Source: an uncultured Collinsella sp. (GTDB lineage: Bacteria > Actinomycetota > Coriobacteriia > Coriobacteriales > Coriobacteriaceae). From it: DNA of 64,000 nt. The position numbers and the translations under genes are program-made. This document shows, in pieces, positions 37,815-46,828 of the stretch; position 1 is the stretch's first letter; every line of letters begins with the position of its first letter. The notes below the pieces were generated by a model. The model was not told the origin of the DNA. It did not search any database and saw nothing but the letters and a program-made list of their open reading frames with translations. The DNA lies in NCBI GenBank assembly GCA_902470065.1, contig CABRFA010000005.1:1566-65565 (forward strand), read 5' to 3'.

Positions 37815-39587
37815 ATGATTGAAACTGAGAACAAGGTGTATGCCCGTCGCTGCGAGAGCCATGTCGAGGCCCTGCGCCGCGCCGTTCCGGGCTGCATCGA
37901 GAAGGTCGAGTGGCAGTGCGAGGACCAGCTGACGATTACCGTCAAGCAGGACAAGCTGCCCGAGGCCGTCCACTACCTGTATTACGAGCGCTACGGCTGG
38001 ATTCCCGTGATCATCGGCAACGATGAACGCAGCCTGTGCGGCCGTTACGCCGTGTACTACGTCATCTCCATGGAGGGGGAGGACCCCGGCTGGGTGACCG
38101 TGCGTACCGAGGTCGATCCCGCCAAGATGACGTTCCCGTCCGTGACGCCGTTCGTCCCCGCCTGCGTGTGGGGCGAGCGCGAGCTTCGCGACATGTTCGG
38201 CCTGATTCCCGAGGGTCTGCCCGACCGTCGCCGCCTGGTGCTTCCCGACGATTGGCCCAGCGGCCTGTACCCGCTGCGCAAGGACTCCATGGACTACCGC
38301 TTCCGTCCCGCTCCCGCGAGCGACATGGAAAACTACGAGTTTTTGGCCGATACCAAGGGCAAGGAGACCACGCTCGTTCCCATGGGCCCGTTGCACATTA
38401 CCTCCGACGAGCCCGGCCACTTCCGCCTGTTCGTTGAGGGCGAGACGATCGTCGACGCCGACTACCGTCTGTTTTACGTGCACCGCGGCATGGAGAAGGT
38501 CGCCGAGACGCGCCTGAACTATGACGCCGTGACGTTCCTCGCCGACCGCATCTGCGGCATCTGCGGCTGCGCCCACTCGGTTGCCTATGCCGAGGCCGTC
38601 GAGCGCGCCCAGGGCATTCATGTCCCGCCGCGCGCCCAGTACATCCGCGCTATCATGCTCGAGGTTGAGCGCCTGCACTCGCATCTGCTCAACATTGGCC
38701 TGGCGTCGCACTACACGGGCTTCGACTCCGGCTTCCAGCAGTTCTTCCGCGTCCGCGAGAAGTCCATGGACCTGGCCGAGAAGCTCTCCGGTCACCGCAA
38801 GACCTACGGCCTCAACGTGATCGGCGGCGTGCGTCGCGACATTTTGGCCGAGCAGAAGCTTTCCACGCTCACGACCATCCACCAGCTGCGCTCCGAGGTT
38901 CAGGAACTCGTCGACGTCTTGCTCTCCACGCCCAACTTTATTGAGCGTACGAGTGGCATCGGCATCTTGGACCGCAAGATCGCACGCGACTTCTCGCCGG
39001 TCGGTCCGCTCATGCGCGGCTCGGGCTATGCCCGCGACGTGCGTTTTGACCATCCCTTCGACGGCTACGCCGATCCGGACGTTCAAAAGATGCACGCCGC
39101 CACGGCCGACACCTGCGATGCCTTCGGCCGTACCGCCGTTCGCATCCAGGAGGTCTACGATTCGATCGACATGATCGAGACCATGCTCGAGAACTGCCCG
39201 TCGGGCCCCATCCTCACCACGGATTGGGAGTACACCCCGCACAAGTACGCCATCGGCGCCACCGAGGCGCCGCGCGGCGAGGACGTGCACTGGGCCATGC
39301 TCGGCAACAACCAGAAGTGCTACCGCTGGCGCGCCAAGGCCGCCACGTACAGCAACTGGCCGGTCCTGCGCTACATGTTCCGCGGCAACACCGTGGGCGA
39401 CGCGGCGCTGATCGTCGGCTCGCTCGACCCGTGCTACTCCTGCACCGACCGCGTGACGGTGACCGATGTTGCCGCCAAGCGCGACCACGTGCTCGACAAG
39501 GAGCAGTTCGAGAACGTCTGGCGCGACAAGTCGCCGCTTGCGGGCGAGGGCACCATGGCCGCTCCGCTCGATGAGGAGGCGCTCTAA
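37815..39587 (+). CDS. hyfG: Group 4 [NiFe] hydrogenase large subunit HyfG/HycE
   Basis: L1 RICGICGCAH and L2 DPCYSCTDR with a C-terminal extension; HRGMEK. Confidence 0.93.
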   Translation: MIETENKVYARRCESHVEALRRAVPGCIEKVEWQCEDQLTITVKQDKLPEAVHYLYYERYGWIPVIIGNDERSLCGRYAVYYVISMEGEDPGWVTVRTEVDPAKMTFPSVTPFVPACVWGERELRDMFGLIPEGLPDRRRLVLPDDWPSGLYPLRKDSMDYRFRPAPASDMENYEFLADTKGKETTLVPMGPLHITSDEPGHFRLFVEGETIVDADYRLFYVHRGMEKVAETRLNYDAVTFLADRICGICGCAHSVAYAEAVERAQGIHVPPRAQYIRAIMLEVERLHSHLLNIGLASHYTGFDSGFQQFFRVREKSMDLAEKLSGHRKTYGLNVIGGVRRDILAEQKLSTLTTIHQLRSEVQELVDVLLSTPNFIERTSGIGILDRKIARDFSPVGPLMRGSGYARDVRFDHPFDGYADPDVQKMHAATADTCDAFGRTAVRIQEVYDSIDMIETMLENCPSGPILTTDWEYTPHKYAIGATEAPRGEDVHWAMLGNNQKCYRWRAKAATYSNWPVLRYMFRGNTVGDAALIVGSLDPCYSCTDRVTVTDVAAKRDHVLDKEQFENVWRDKSPLAGEGTMAAPLDEEAL

Positions 39588-39588
39588 T

Positions 39589-40305
39589 ATGCTGAAGCTT
39601 TGGAAGGTTAACGCCAAGGCCGGCGACGCGACGGTCAAGTACCCGTTTGCGCCGTTCCCCACCAACAAGGACATGCGCGGCAAGCCCGAGCACAATGCCG
39701 AGCTCTGCATCGCCTGCGGTGCCTGCGGCGTGGCGTGCCCGGCCGATGCCATTCGCATGGACACCGACCTTGCGGCCGATACCATCACCTGGTCGATCGA
39801 CTACGGTCGCTGCATCTTCTGCGGCCGTTGCGAGGAGGCCTGCCCCATGGAGGCCATCAAGCTCACTGAGGAGTTTGAGCTGGCCGTCATGAGCAAGGAC
39901 GACCTCACCAGCAAGAGCGTCTACACGCTCGAGCATTGCTCGCGCTGCGGCAAGCCGTTTGCCCCGCACAAGGAGATCGACTACGCCAAGCGCCTGCTGC
40001 AAAAGGCCGGCGGCATGGAGGCCGAGCAGGCCGCCCGCACCGTCGGTATGTGCCAGGAGTGCAAGCGCGAGCTCGACGCCCTGCGCGCCGCATCGGCCGT
40101 AAAGACCGGCAACGCGCACGGCATGGCTGCCAACGAGACGCTTGCGTCCGGCGAGCCCCAGGGCCCCGGCATGGAGTATCTGGGCGGCCACGGCGTGAAC
40201 CCGGAGTATATCGACCGCGAGCTTAACCCCGATGCGCCCGAGATTCCCGCCGGTCCGGCGCCGGTCGAGGGCATCATCATGGATTTTGAAACGAAGGAGG
40301 AGTAA
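39589..40305 (+). CDS. hyfH: FHL iron-sulfur subunit HyfH/HycF
   Basis: TVKYPF, RGKP, CIACGACGVACP, CIFCGRCEEACP, CSRC..CQEC. Confidence 0.88.
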   Translation: MLKLWKVNAKAGDATVKYPFAPFPTNKDMRGKPEHNAELCIACGACGVACPADAIRMDTDLAADTITWSIDYGRCIFCGRCEEACPMEAIKLTEEFELAVMSKDDLTSKSVYTLEHCSRCGKPFAPHKEIDYAKRLLQKAGGMEAEQAARTVGMCQECKRELDALRAASAVKTGNAHGMAANETLASGEPQGPGMEYLGGHGVNPEYIDRELNPDAPEIPAGPAPVEGIIMDFETKEE

Positions 40306-40307
40306 CC

Positions 40308-41090
40308 ATGGCCGAACCCACGCTTTTGCCCGAGCGGCTTCAGTACCGCCCGACCAAGATCGAGCTCGACGAGAGCATCGAGAAGGCCAAGGCGACCCTT
40401 CTTAAGAAGATCAAGCGCTCGGTGTACGTCTACCGTGTCGACTGCGGCGGCTGCAACGGCTGCGAGATCGAGATCTTCGGTTCCATCACGCCCGTCTTTG
40501 ACGTCGAGCGCTTTGGCATCAAGGTCGTGCCCTCGCCCCGTCACGCCGATGTGCTGCTGTACACCGGCGCCGTGACGCGTGCCATGCGCATGCCGGCCCT
40601 GCGCGCGTTTGAGGCCGCACCCGATCCCAAGATCGTGGTGTCCTATGGCGCGTGCGGCTGCACCGGCGGCATCTTCTACGACAACTACTGCGTCTGGGGC
40701 GGCACGGATAAGATTCTGCCGGTCGATGTCTACATCCCCGGCTGCCCGCCCAGCCCCGCGCAGACCGTCTACGGCTTTGCCATGGCACTTGGCCTGCTGG
40801 ACCAAAAGCTCCATGCCGAGACTACGGTGGAGGCTGCCGGCGAGCAGGCCGATATCCTGCACCCCGGCGTGCCGTACAAGCTGCGCGTTGCCATCGAGCG
40901 CGAGGCTCGCGCCATGAGCGGCTACCGTTACGGCCGCGACCTGGCCAACGAGTTTATGGATACGCTCGAGGACGCGCCCAAGGGTGATATCCGAGGTGCC
41001 ATGGCGCTGCTCATCGACAAGCAGGACGATCCGCGCCGCGTTGAGGTCTACTCGGCGCTGCAGGATCTGGTGCTGGCCGGAGGTCGCTAG
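40308..41090 (+). CDS. hyfI: Hydrogenase small subunit HyfI/HycG
   Basis: DCGGCNGCEIE, SPRHAD, YGACGCTGG, PGCPP. Confidence 0.9.
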   Translation: MAEPTLLPERLQYRPTKIELDESIEKAKATLLKKIKRSVYVYRVDCGGCNGCEIEIFGSITPVFDVERFGIKVVPSPRHADVLLYTGAVTRAMRMPALRAFEAAPDPKIVVSYGACGCTGGIFYDNYCVWGGTDKILPVDVYIPGCPPSPAQTVYGFAMALGLLDQKLHAETTVEAAGEQADILHPGVPYKLRVAIEREARAMSGYRYGRDLANEFMDTLEDAPKGDIRGAMALLIDKQDDPRRVEVYSALQDLVLAGGR

Positions 41091-41672
41091 ATGGAGCTCA
41101 CGGACCGCTCTGGTTACTTTGCGGGCCCCGGTATGCTCGGCGGCTCCTTTGGCGATGCCTCGCGCGCAAGCGACGAGGCCGCCGAGGGCGTCGCCGACCC
41201 CTGCCTGGGCCATGCGCCCGACCAGGTGGTCTTCTATGAGCTCACGCGTAAGTTTGTGGAGACCGAGGAAGACGTTCCCCAGGAGGCCTGCGACGTGCTG
41301 TACTACACGCTCGCCGTGGGCCACCACACCGGCGTGCTCGATTGCTTTGAGCCGCGCCTGTCGGTGCCGGTGGATGTCTTCTATTCGCTCGTCGACGCGC
41401 TGCCGGAGGGGGAGGCCAAGACCAAGTTCGAGGCCATCCGCTCCTTTGGCGAGTGCCAGCTTGACAAGGCGGTGGTGCCGTCGCTGCTCGAGGCCTGCGA
41501 CACGCTGCTCGACGAGCGCGGTTTTCGCGGCTCGGCCAAGGCCGGCATCTCGGTGTTCGATGACGACTTTGGCCTGCATGCCCAGCAGGTCGCGTTTCTG
41601 ATGAAGTTCCGCGATCTGGTTGAGCGCGTGCGCGATGTGTCGGGCGTGTACCTGACGGGAAGGTTGCAGTAA
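41091..41672 (+). CDS. hyfJ: FHL maturation protein HyfJ/HycH
   Basis: VVFYELTRKFV, YYTLAVGHHTGVLDC, FGE. Confidence 0.85.
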   Translation: MELTDRSGYFAGPGMLGGSFGDASRASDEAAEGVADPCLGHAPDQVVFYELTRKFVETEEDVPQEACDVLYYTLAVGHHTGVLDCFEPRLSVPVDVFYSLVDALPEGEAKTKFEAIRSFGECQLDKAVVPSLLEACDTLLDERGFRGSAKAGISVFDDDFGLHAQQVAFLMKFRDLVERVRDVSGVYLTGRLQ

Positions 41673-42175
41673 TGGGTCGCGTTGTGGATGGACGTGTGAA
41701 CGGCGCCCCGTTTGCGGGTATCGTGCTCACGGCGGGAAGTGTGCTGCGTGCCGACGATGCCGCCGGCCCCGTGCTCTCCAAAAAGATGGAGGACGCGCCC
41801 ATTGCCGGTTGGTACACCATCGACGGTGGCCAAACGCCCGAGGACGACATCATCGAGGTCAAGCGCGAGCGTCCGCCTCGCCTGGTCTTGGTCGATGCCG
41901 CCGACATGGCGCTGCCCGTCGGTGCCATCCGCCTGCTCGACAAGCGCGATGTGGCCCGCAAGTCGATGTTCACCACGCATTCGCTTCCTTTGTCGATTCT
42001 GATCGAAGAGATTGAGCAATCGTGTGATGATATCGTCTTCGTTGGGATTCAGCCGGGCGACACGGAGTTCTACAACCCCATGTCCCCGGAAGTCTTTGAC
42101 GCCGTCGACGCCGTGTACGACGCCGTGGCAGCCAACGACTTTTCCCGCTTTGTCCGCTTGGGGCAAGAGCAATAG
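41672..42175 (+). CDS. hycI: Hydrogenase maturation endopeptidase HycI
   Basis: GSVLRADDAAG, DGGQTPED, VDAADM, TTHSLPL, GIQP. Confidence 0.88.
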   Translation: MGRVVDGRVNGAPFAGIVLTAGSVLRADDAAGPVLSKKMEDAPIAGWYTIDGGQTPEDDIIEVKRERPPRLVLVDAADMALPVGAIRLLDKRDVARKSMFTTHSLPLSILIEEIEQSCDDIVFVGIQPGDTEFYNPMSPEVFDAVDAVYDAVAANDFSRFVRLGQEQ

Positions 42176-42214
42176 GAGCGCTTGTCCCTGCTGATTAGGA
42201 AAGAAGTGATTGAC

Positions 42215-43054
42215 ATGGCAGATTCCAAGGCAGAATATCCCGCTCCCGATTGCCTGGCACCCGCCGCGATCGAGGCCAAGACCGAGGCCGCCGGCGTGAC
42301 CAAGGCCAACCTGCCGGTCGCAAAGGCCTTTCTGTTGGCAATGTTCGCCGGTGCGTTCATCGCCTTCGGCGGCCTGTTCTTTACCGTGTTCTTGAGCGAT
42401 AGCACGCTGGGCTGGGGCGCCCAGCGCGTCGTGGGCGGCCTGTGCTTTTGCCTGGGCCTGGTGCTCGTGCTGGTGTGCGGCGCCGAGCTGTTCACCGGTA
42501 ATTCGCTTATGGTCTGCGCGCTCAAGAGCAAAAAGATCACCCTGGTCCAGATGCTCAAGGCTTGGGTCGTCGTATGGGTCGGTAACTTTGCTGGTGCCCT
42601 GTTCATCGTCTTTTTGGTGTACATGGCTGGCATTTACAAGCTCAACGGCGAGGCGGTCGCCAATTCCATGGTGAGCGTCGCCGCCGGCAAGGTGACGATC
42701 GACTGGGTGACGATCTTCTTCCGCGGCATCCTGTGCAACATCTTTGTGTGCCTGGCCGTGTGGATCGGTACCGCCGGCAAGACCGTGGTCGATAAGGTTG
42801 TGGGCATTCTGCTGCCCATCGCCGCCTTTGTGGCCTGCGGTTTTGAGCACTGCGTCGCCAACATGTACTTTTTGCCCATGGGTGCCGTGATGCATGCGTG
42901 CGGCTATGGTGCCAAGGTTGCCGGGGCCGATGCGCTCAACGTCGCGGGTATTGCGTTTAACCTATCCGCCGCCACGCTGGGCAACATCGTGGGCGGTGCG
43001 GTTCTGATCGCGCTCGGCTATTGGTTTGTCTACGCCAAGAAGTCCGAGGCGTAA
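42215..43054 (+). CDS. focA: Formate/nitrite transporter (FocA-like)
   Basis: AGAFIAFG, GAELFTGN, GNFAG, GILCNIFVCLAVW, GFEHCVANM, GNIVGG. Confidence 0.9.
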   Translation: MADSKAEYPAPDCLAPAAIEAKTEAAGVTKANLPVAKAFLLAMFAGAFIAFGGLFFTVFLSDSTLGWGAQRVVGGLCFCLGLVLVLVCGAELFTGNSLMVCALKSKKITLVQMLKAWVVVWVGNFAGALFIVFLVYMAGIYKLNGEAVANSMVSVAAGKVTIDWVTIFFRGILCNIFVCLAVWIGTAGKTVVDKVVGILLPIAAFVACGFEHCVANMYFLPMGAVMHACGYGAKVAGADALNVAGIAFNLSAATLGNIVGGAVLIALGYWFVYAKKSEA

Positions 43055-43076
43055 GGTGCCGTCTGTTTGACGTTGG

Positions 43077-43113
43077 GCCTCCCGCGGGGCGTTGCCGTGC
43101 GGGAGGCTTTTTG
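43077..43113 (+). terminator. Terminator ending the FHL operon
   Basis: gcctcccgc..gcgggaggc followed by ttttt. Confidence 0.8.
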
Positions 43114-43176
43114 GGTCTGGGGCTCGTTGCTGGGCTGTTTGCCTGTTGTGTTTGGCTTGCGAAAGGGGTAATCGAG

Positions 43177-45294
43177 ATGGCATCTGCTGTGGAGCGTGAC
43201 GATCGCGATGTGGTGACGACATGCGGGGGATGCTATGCCGATTGCGCCTTTGCGGCCCATGTTGAGGATGGGCGTGTGGTGGCCGAGTTGCCGGTGCCGG
43301 GGCATCCGTGCGGTGCGCGTGCCCTGTGCGCCCGCGGACGGCATCGCCTGGCAATGCCGTTTGACGAGCGCGACCGCATTGTGCACCCCATGCGACGCCG
43401 CCGGGATGGCTCGGGGTTTGATGCGATTACCTGGGACGAGGCGTTTGCTCAGATTGCCGAGCGTCTTTTGGGGATTGTTGACGGGCATGGTCTGCGTGCG
43501 CTGGGCATGACGCTCGGCGTTCCTTCGTTCGACCGCTACTGGGCCTATCGCCTTATGCATGCGCTGGGTTCGCCCAACGTGTACGGTGCCGATGGCGCCT
43601 GCGAGGTAAGCCGACTTACCGGTTGGGAACACAGCCTGGGTTATAGTCCCGCCTCCGACCTGGCACATACTGATTGCATCATGTATTTGGGGCGTTCCAT
43701 CGTCGATTCGTCGACGATGGGGGCCGTTGATGCGCTCAACGATGCGCGCCGGCGCGGGGCGAAGATCATCGTGGTTGACCCCCGGCGCAGCGGCTCGGCC
43801 GCGCTTGCCGATCGCTGGCTCCGCGTGCGCCCGGGCTGCGACTTGGCGCTGCTGTTGGGTATTGCCCGCGTGTTGATTGCCGAGGGCCTGTACGACCACG
43901 AGTTCGTGGACCGCTATACCACGGGTTTTGACGAGCTGGCGCAGGCGGCCCGTGCTTGGACGCCCGAGTGGGCCGAGTCGATGTGCGACGTGCCGGCCGC
44001 AGAGATTGTCGCCACGGCGCGCGATCTGGCTGCCGCCGCGCCTGCCGCTGTGGTGGATGCGGGCTTTCATGGTGGCATCGGTATCGCGTATGCCAATAGC
44101 ACCCAGACCGCGCGCGCTATCTGCTTGGTCGATGTGCTGCTGGGCTGCATCGGACACGCGGGCGGCGCGCTCAATCCGCCCACGCCGCTTGTGTTGGGCG
44201 ACCTCGATCCCATGCGCTTTGCGACGCCGCCGGTGCCGCGTGGGCCCAAGCTGGGGTCCGAGCGCTATCCTCTAGTCGATCCGGTGCGCGGCCTGTGCAC
44301 GACCATCGGTCAGTCGATTCTTGCTGGCGATTTGCGTGGGCTCATCGTCTATGCCAGTAACCCCGGTGCGGGCTATGGCAATGCACAGGCTTGGTTGGGT
44401 ATTTTGCAGCAGCTCGACTTGCTCGTGACGATTGATATTCGCTGGTCCGAGACGGCGCGTGCTTCTGATTTCGTGCTGCCCGACGTGACGTATCTGGAGG
44501 CCGACCGCGGCGTGGGAACGGTGACAGGCGCCAACGATGCGCGCGTGTTCTACCGCAATGCCGTGCTGCCCGTGCAGCATGACGACACGCGTCCCGGTCG
44601 GGAGATCTTTGCTGGTCTGGCGCAGGCGTGTGGCGTGGGCGAGTACTTCCAGTTTACGTCTGACGATCTGGCGGCTGCCCAGGTGGCGCCTTTTGGGATC
44701 AATCTGGACGAGCTCAAGGAACGCGGTTGGGCCGATACGGGCGTGGCGCTGCCGTCGCGCACGGGTGAGCCGGTGATTCCGCTTGCCGGCGGCAAGATTG
44801 CGCTGGCAAGTGACGTATGGGAGCGTGCCGGCCTGGGACGCGTGCCAGGCTGGATCGCGCCGATGGTGGAGCCCAGCCCGGGGATGTTTCGCCTCATTAG
44901 CGGTAACCGGCCCTTTGAGTCGCATACCTCGCGCAGGCTTGCGGTCCAAGGTGCCGCCGAGGCTGGGTCGGACCTGGATGCCGTGCAGATGAATGCCGAT
45001 GTCGCTGCGCGCATGGGCATCTTCGACGGCGAGATCGTCGAACTCGTGAGCGATTTGGGCCGCGACCGCGTGCACGTGGAGACGACGCCGTATCTGCATC
45101 CGGCGTGCATCTTCACCTCGGCCGCCCCCGGCGGGCGTTTGTTTGGCGCCGATGCCGGTGGCGCTCAAGCCTTGGGCGTGGGCCCGCTCGACCATACACC
45201 GTTGCGTTGGGACCCGTTGACGGGCGCCGCGCTCACCCAGGAAAACGCCGTTCGCGTGGAAAAGATCGCGGCACGCGAGGATAATAGCGATTGA
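43177..45294 (+). CDS. Mo-bisPGD (DMSO reductase family) oxidoreductase, thiosulfate/polysulfide-reductase-like, no Tat leader
   Basis: CGGCYADC..LCARG, R..HPM, ITWDEA, LGSPN..GAC, VDPR, RPG.D, SETA..SDFVLP..TYLE. Confidence 0.8.
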   Translation: MASAVERDDRDVVTTCGGCYADCAFAAHVEDGRVVAELPVPGHPCGARALCARGRHRLAMPFDERDRIVHPMRRRRDGSGFDAITWDEAFAQIAERLLGIVDGHGLRALGMTLGVPSFDRYWAYRLMHALGSPNVYGADGACEVSRLTGWEHSLGYSPASDLAHTDCIMYLGRSIVDSSTMGAVDALNDARRRGAKIIVVDPRRSGSAALADRWLRVRPGCDLALLLGIARVLIAEGLYDHEFVDRYTTGFDELAQAARAWTPEWAESMCDVPAAEIVATARDLAAAAPAAVVDAGFHGGIGIAYANSTQTARAICLVDVLLGCIGHAGGALNPPTPLVLGDLDPMRFATPPVPRGPKLGSERYPLVDPVRGLCTTIGQSILAGDLRGLIVYASNPGAGYGNAQAWLGILQQLDLLVTIDIRWSETARASDFVLPDVTYLEADRGVGTVTGANDARVFYRNAVLPVQHDDTRPGREIFAGLAQACGVGEYFQFTSDDLAAAQVAPFGINLDELKERGWADTGVALPSRTGEPVIPLAGGKIALASDVWERAGLGRVPGWIAPMVEPSPGMFRLISGNRPFESHTSRRLAVQGAAEAGSDLDAVQMNADVAARMGIFDGEIVELVSDLGRDRVHVETTPYLHPACIFTSAAPGGRLFGADAGGAQALGVGPLDHTPLRWDPLTGAALTQENAVRVEKIAAREDNSD

Positions 45295-45370
45295 TTGACT
45301 CAGCCGATCGAATTGGCTGATAGTTTGACGTTCGAACGATTGATTCACCTTTGGTTTTGAAAGGTCGCAC

Positions 45371-46828
45371 ATGAGCGATAGCCAGAACATGTCCGATGAG
45401 GTACGCGCCCGCCTTCGCGCCATTCCTTCCGTCAACGAGCTGCTCGCAGAGTGGCCGGTTGTGAAGGCGGCGGGGGAGACCTGCGACGCGGTGGTGCATG
45501 CCGCCGTCACGGCCGAGCTCGATGAGGAGCGCGCCGCGATTCGTGCCGGCGCCGCCCCGCGTTCCAAGCGCGAGCTGGCCTCGGCCATCGAGTGGCGTGC
45601 GCATCGCTCCGCGCTGCCGAGCCTGCGTCCCGCCGTCAACGCCACGGGTGTGGTTATCCATACCAACCTGGGTCGCGCCCCGCTCGCGGAATCAGCTGCC
45701 AAAGCCGTGGCCGAGGTCGCGCGCGGGTATAGCACGCTCGAGTACAGCGTCGACACCTGTTCGCGCGGGTCGCGCAAGGAGCACGCCGCGCAGCTGATTC
45801 GCTCTCTCACCGGTGCCGAGGACGCGCTTGTGGTCAACAACAACGCCGCCGCAGTGTTGCTGGTGCTGGCGACTCATGCTGCGGGCAAAGAGGTTATCGT
45901 CAGCCGCGGCGAGCTTGTCGAGATTGGCGGCAGCTTCCGTATCCCCGATGTTATGGAGGCTTCGGGCGCCAAACTCGTCGAGGTCGGCGCCACCAACCGC
46001 ACGCACCTGGCAGATTATGAGCAAGCCATCACACCCGATACGGCCATGATCCTCAAGGTCCATCCTTCCAACTATCGCATCGAGGGTTTTCACGAGGAAG
46101 TGAGCTCAAGGGAGCTCGCCGCACTGGCCCATAAGCACGGCCTGCTGTTCTACGAGGACCAGGGCTCGGGCGCGCTGTTGCCCGACGACATCTTGGTGCG
46201 CGGCGGCGAAGAAACCACGCCGGCTTCGGTTTCGGCAGGGCTCGATATCGTGTCGTGCTCGGGTGATAAGCTGCTGGGTGCCGCGCAGGCGGGCATTATC
46301 ATGGGTCGTCGCGATCTGGTCCAGGCCTGCGGGTCGCATCCGCTTATGCGTGCCCTGCGTCCGGGCAAGCTCGCACTGGCGGCGCTCGAGGCTACACTGC
46401 GCATTTACATGGATGGGGCGGATGTGGCCCATCGCGAGGTGCCGGTGCTCAACATGCTCACGCTTCCGCAGGCTCATCTGGAGCGCCGCGCACGCAAACT
46501 GCGCGAGCTGATGGTGGCGGGCCTCGATAAGGCGGGTTGCCCGCGCGCCGTGCAGGCGGAAATCGTCGAGGAGTCGTCGACTCCCGGCGGCGGCTCGCTG
46601 CCTACCGTCGAGCTGCCCACCATGTGCGTTGCCGTGCGCCTCGTCGATGAGCGTCTTTCCGTTGACGCGCTCAAGCGCTCGCTCGTCCAAGATTTCGACA
46701 CGCCGGTCGTCACGCGCGCCTCGCACGACCGCATTCTGTTTGATGTACGCACGCTCGTGGGCGACCGCGATATCGAGACGGCGGCATCGACGCTCGTCGC
46801 GTGCGTTAAGAAGGCGATTGCTCGATGA
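45371..46828 (+). CDS. selA: L-seryl-tRNA(Sec) selenium transferase
   Basis: NATGVVIHTNLGRAPL, VNNNAAA, SRGELVEIGGSFRIP, KVHPSNY, SGDKLLG, GGGSLP. Confidence 0.95.
   Translation: MSDSQNMSDEVRARLRAIPSVNELLAEWPVVKAAGETCDAVVHAAVTAELDEERAAIRAGAAPRSKRELASAIEWRAHRSALPSLRPAVNATGVVIHTNLGRAPLAESAAKAVAEVARGYSTLEYSVDTCSRGSRKEHAAQLIRSLTGAEDALVVNNNAAAVLLVLATHAAGKEVIVSRGELVEIGGSFRIPDVMEASGAKLVEVGATNRTHLADYEQAITPDTAMILKVHPSNYRIEGFHEEVSSRELAALAHKHGLLFYEDQGSGALLPDDILVRGGEETTPASVSAGLDIVSCSGDKLLGAAQAGIIMGRRDLVQACGSHPLMRALRPGKLALAALEATLRIYMDGADVAHREVPVLNMLTLPQAHLERRARKLRELMVAGLDKAGCPRAVQAEIVEESSTPGGGSLPTVELPTMCVAVRLVDERLSVDALKRSLVQDFDTPVVTRASHDRILFDVRTLVGDRDIETAASTLVACVKKAIAR

Noticed and set aside
37815..39587. 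[NiFeSe] hydrogenase
   Set aside because: The L2 motif is DPCYSC with Cys codons and there is no in-frame TGA.
35859..39788. 1309-aa minus-strand ORF, and similar long antisense ORFs (31433-33673, 59882-62953, 56286-57644, 28711-30453, 52878-54593)
   Set aside because: These are shadow frames opposite well-supported genes, expected from high GC3 codon bias; they contain no recognisable motifs.
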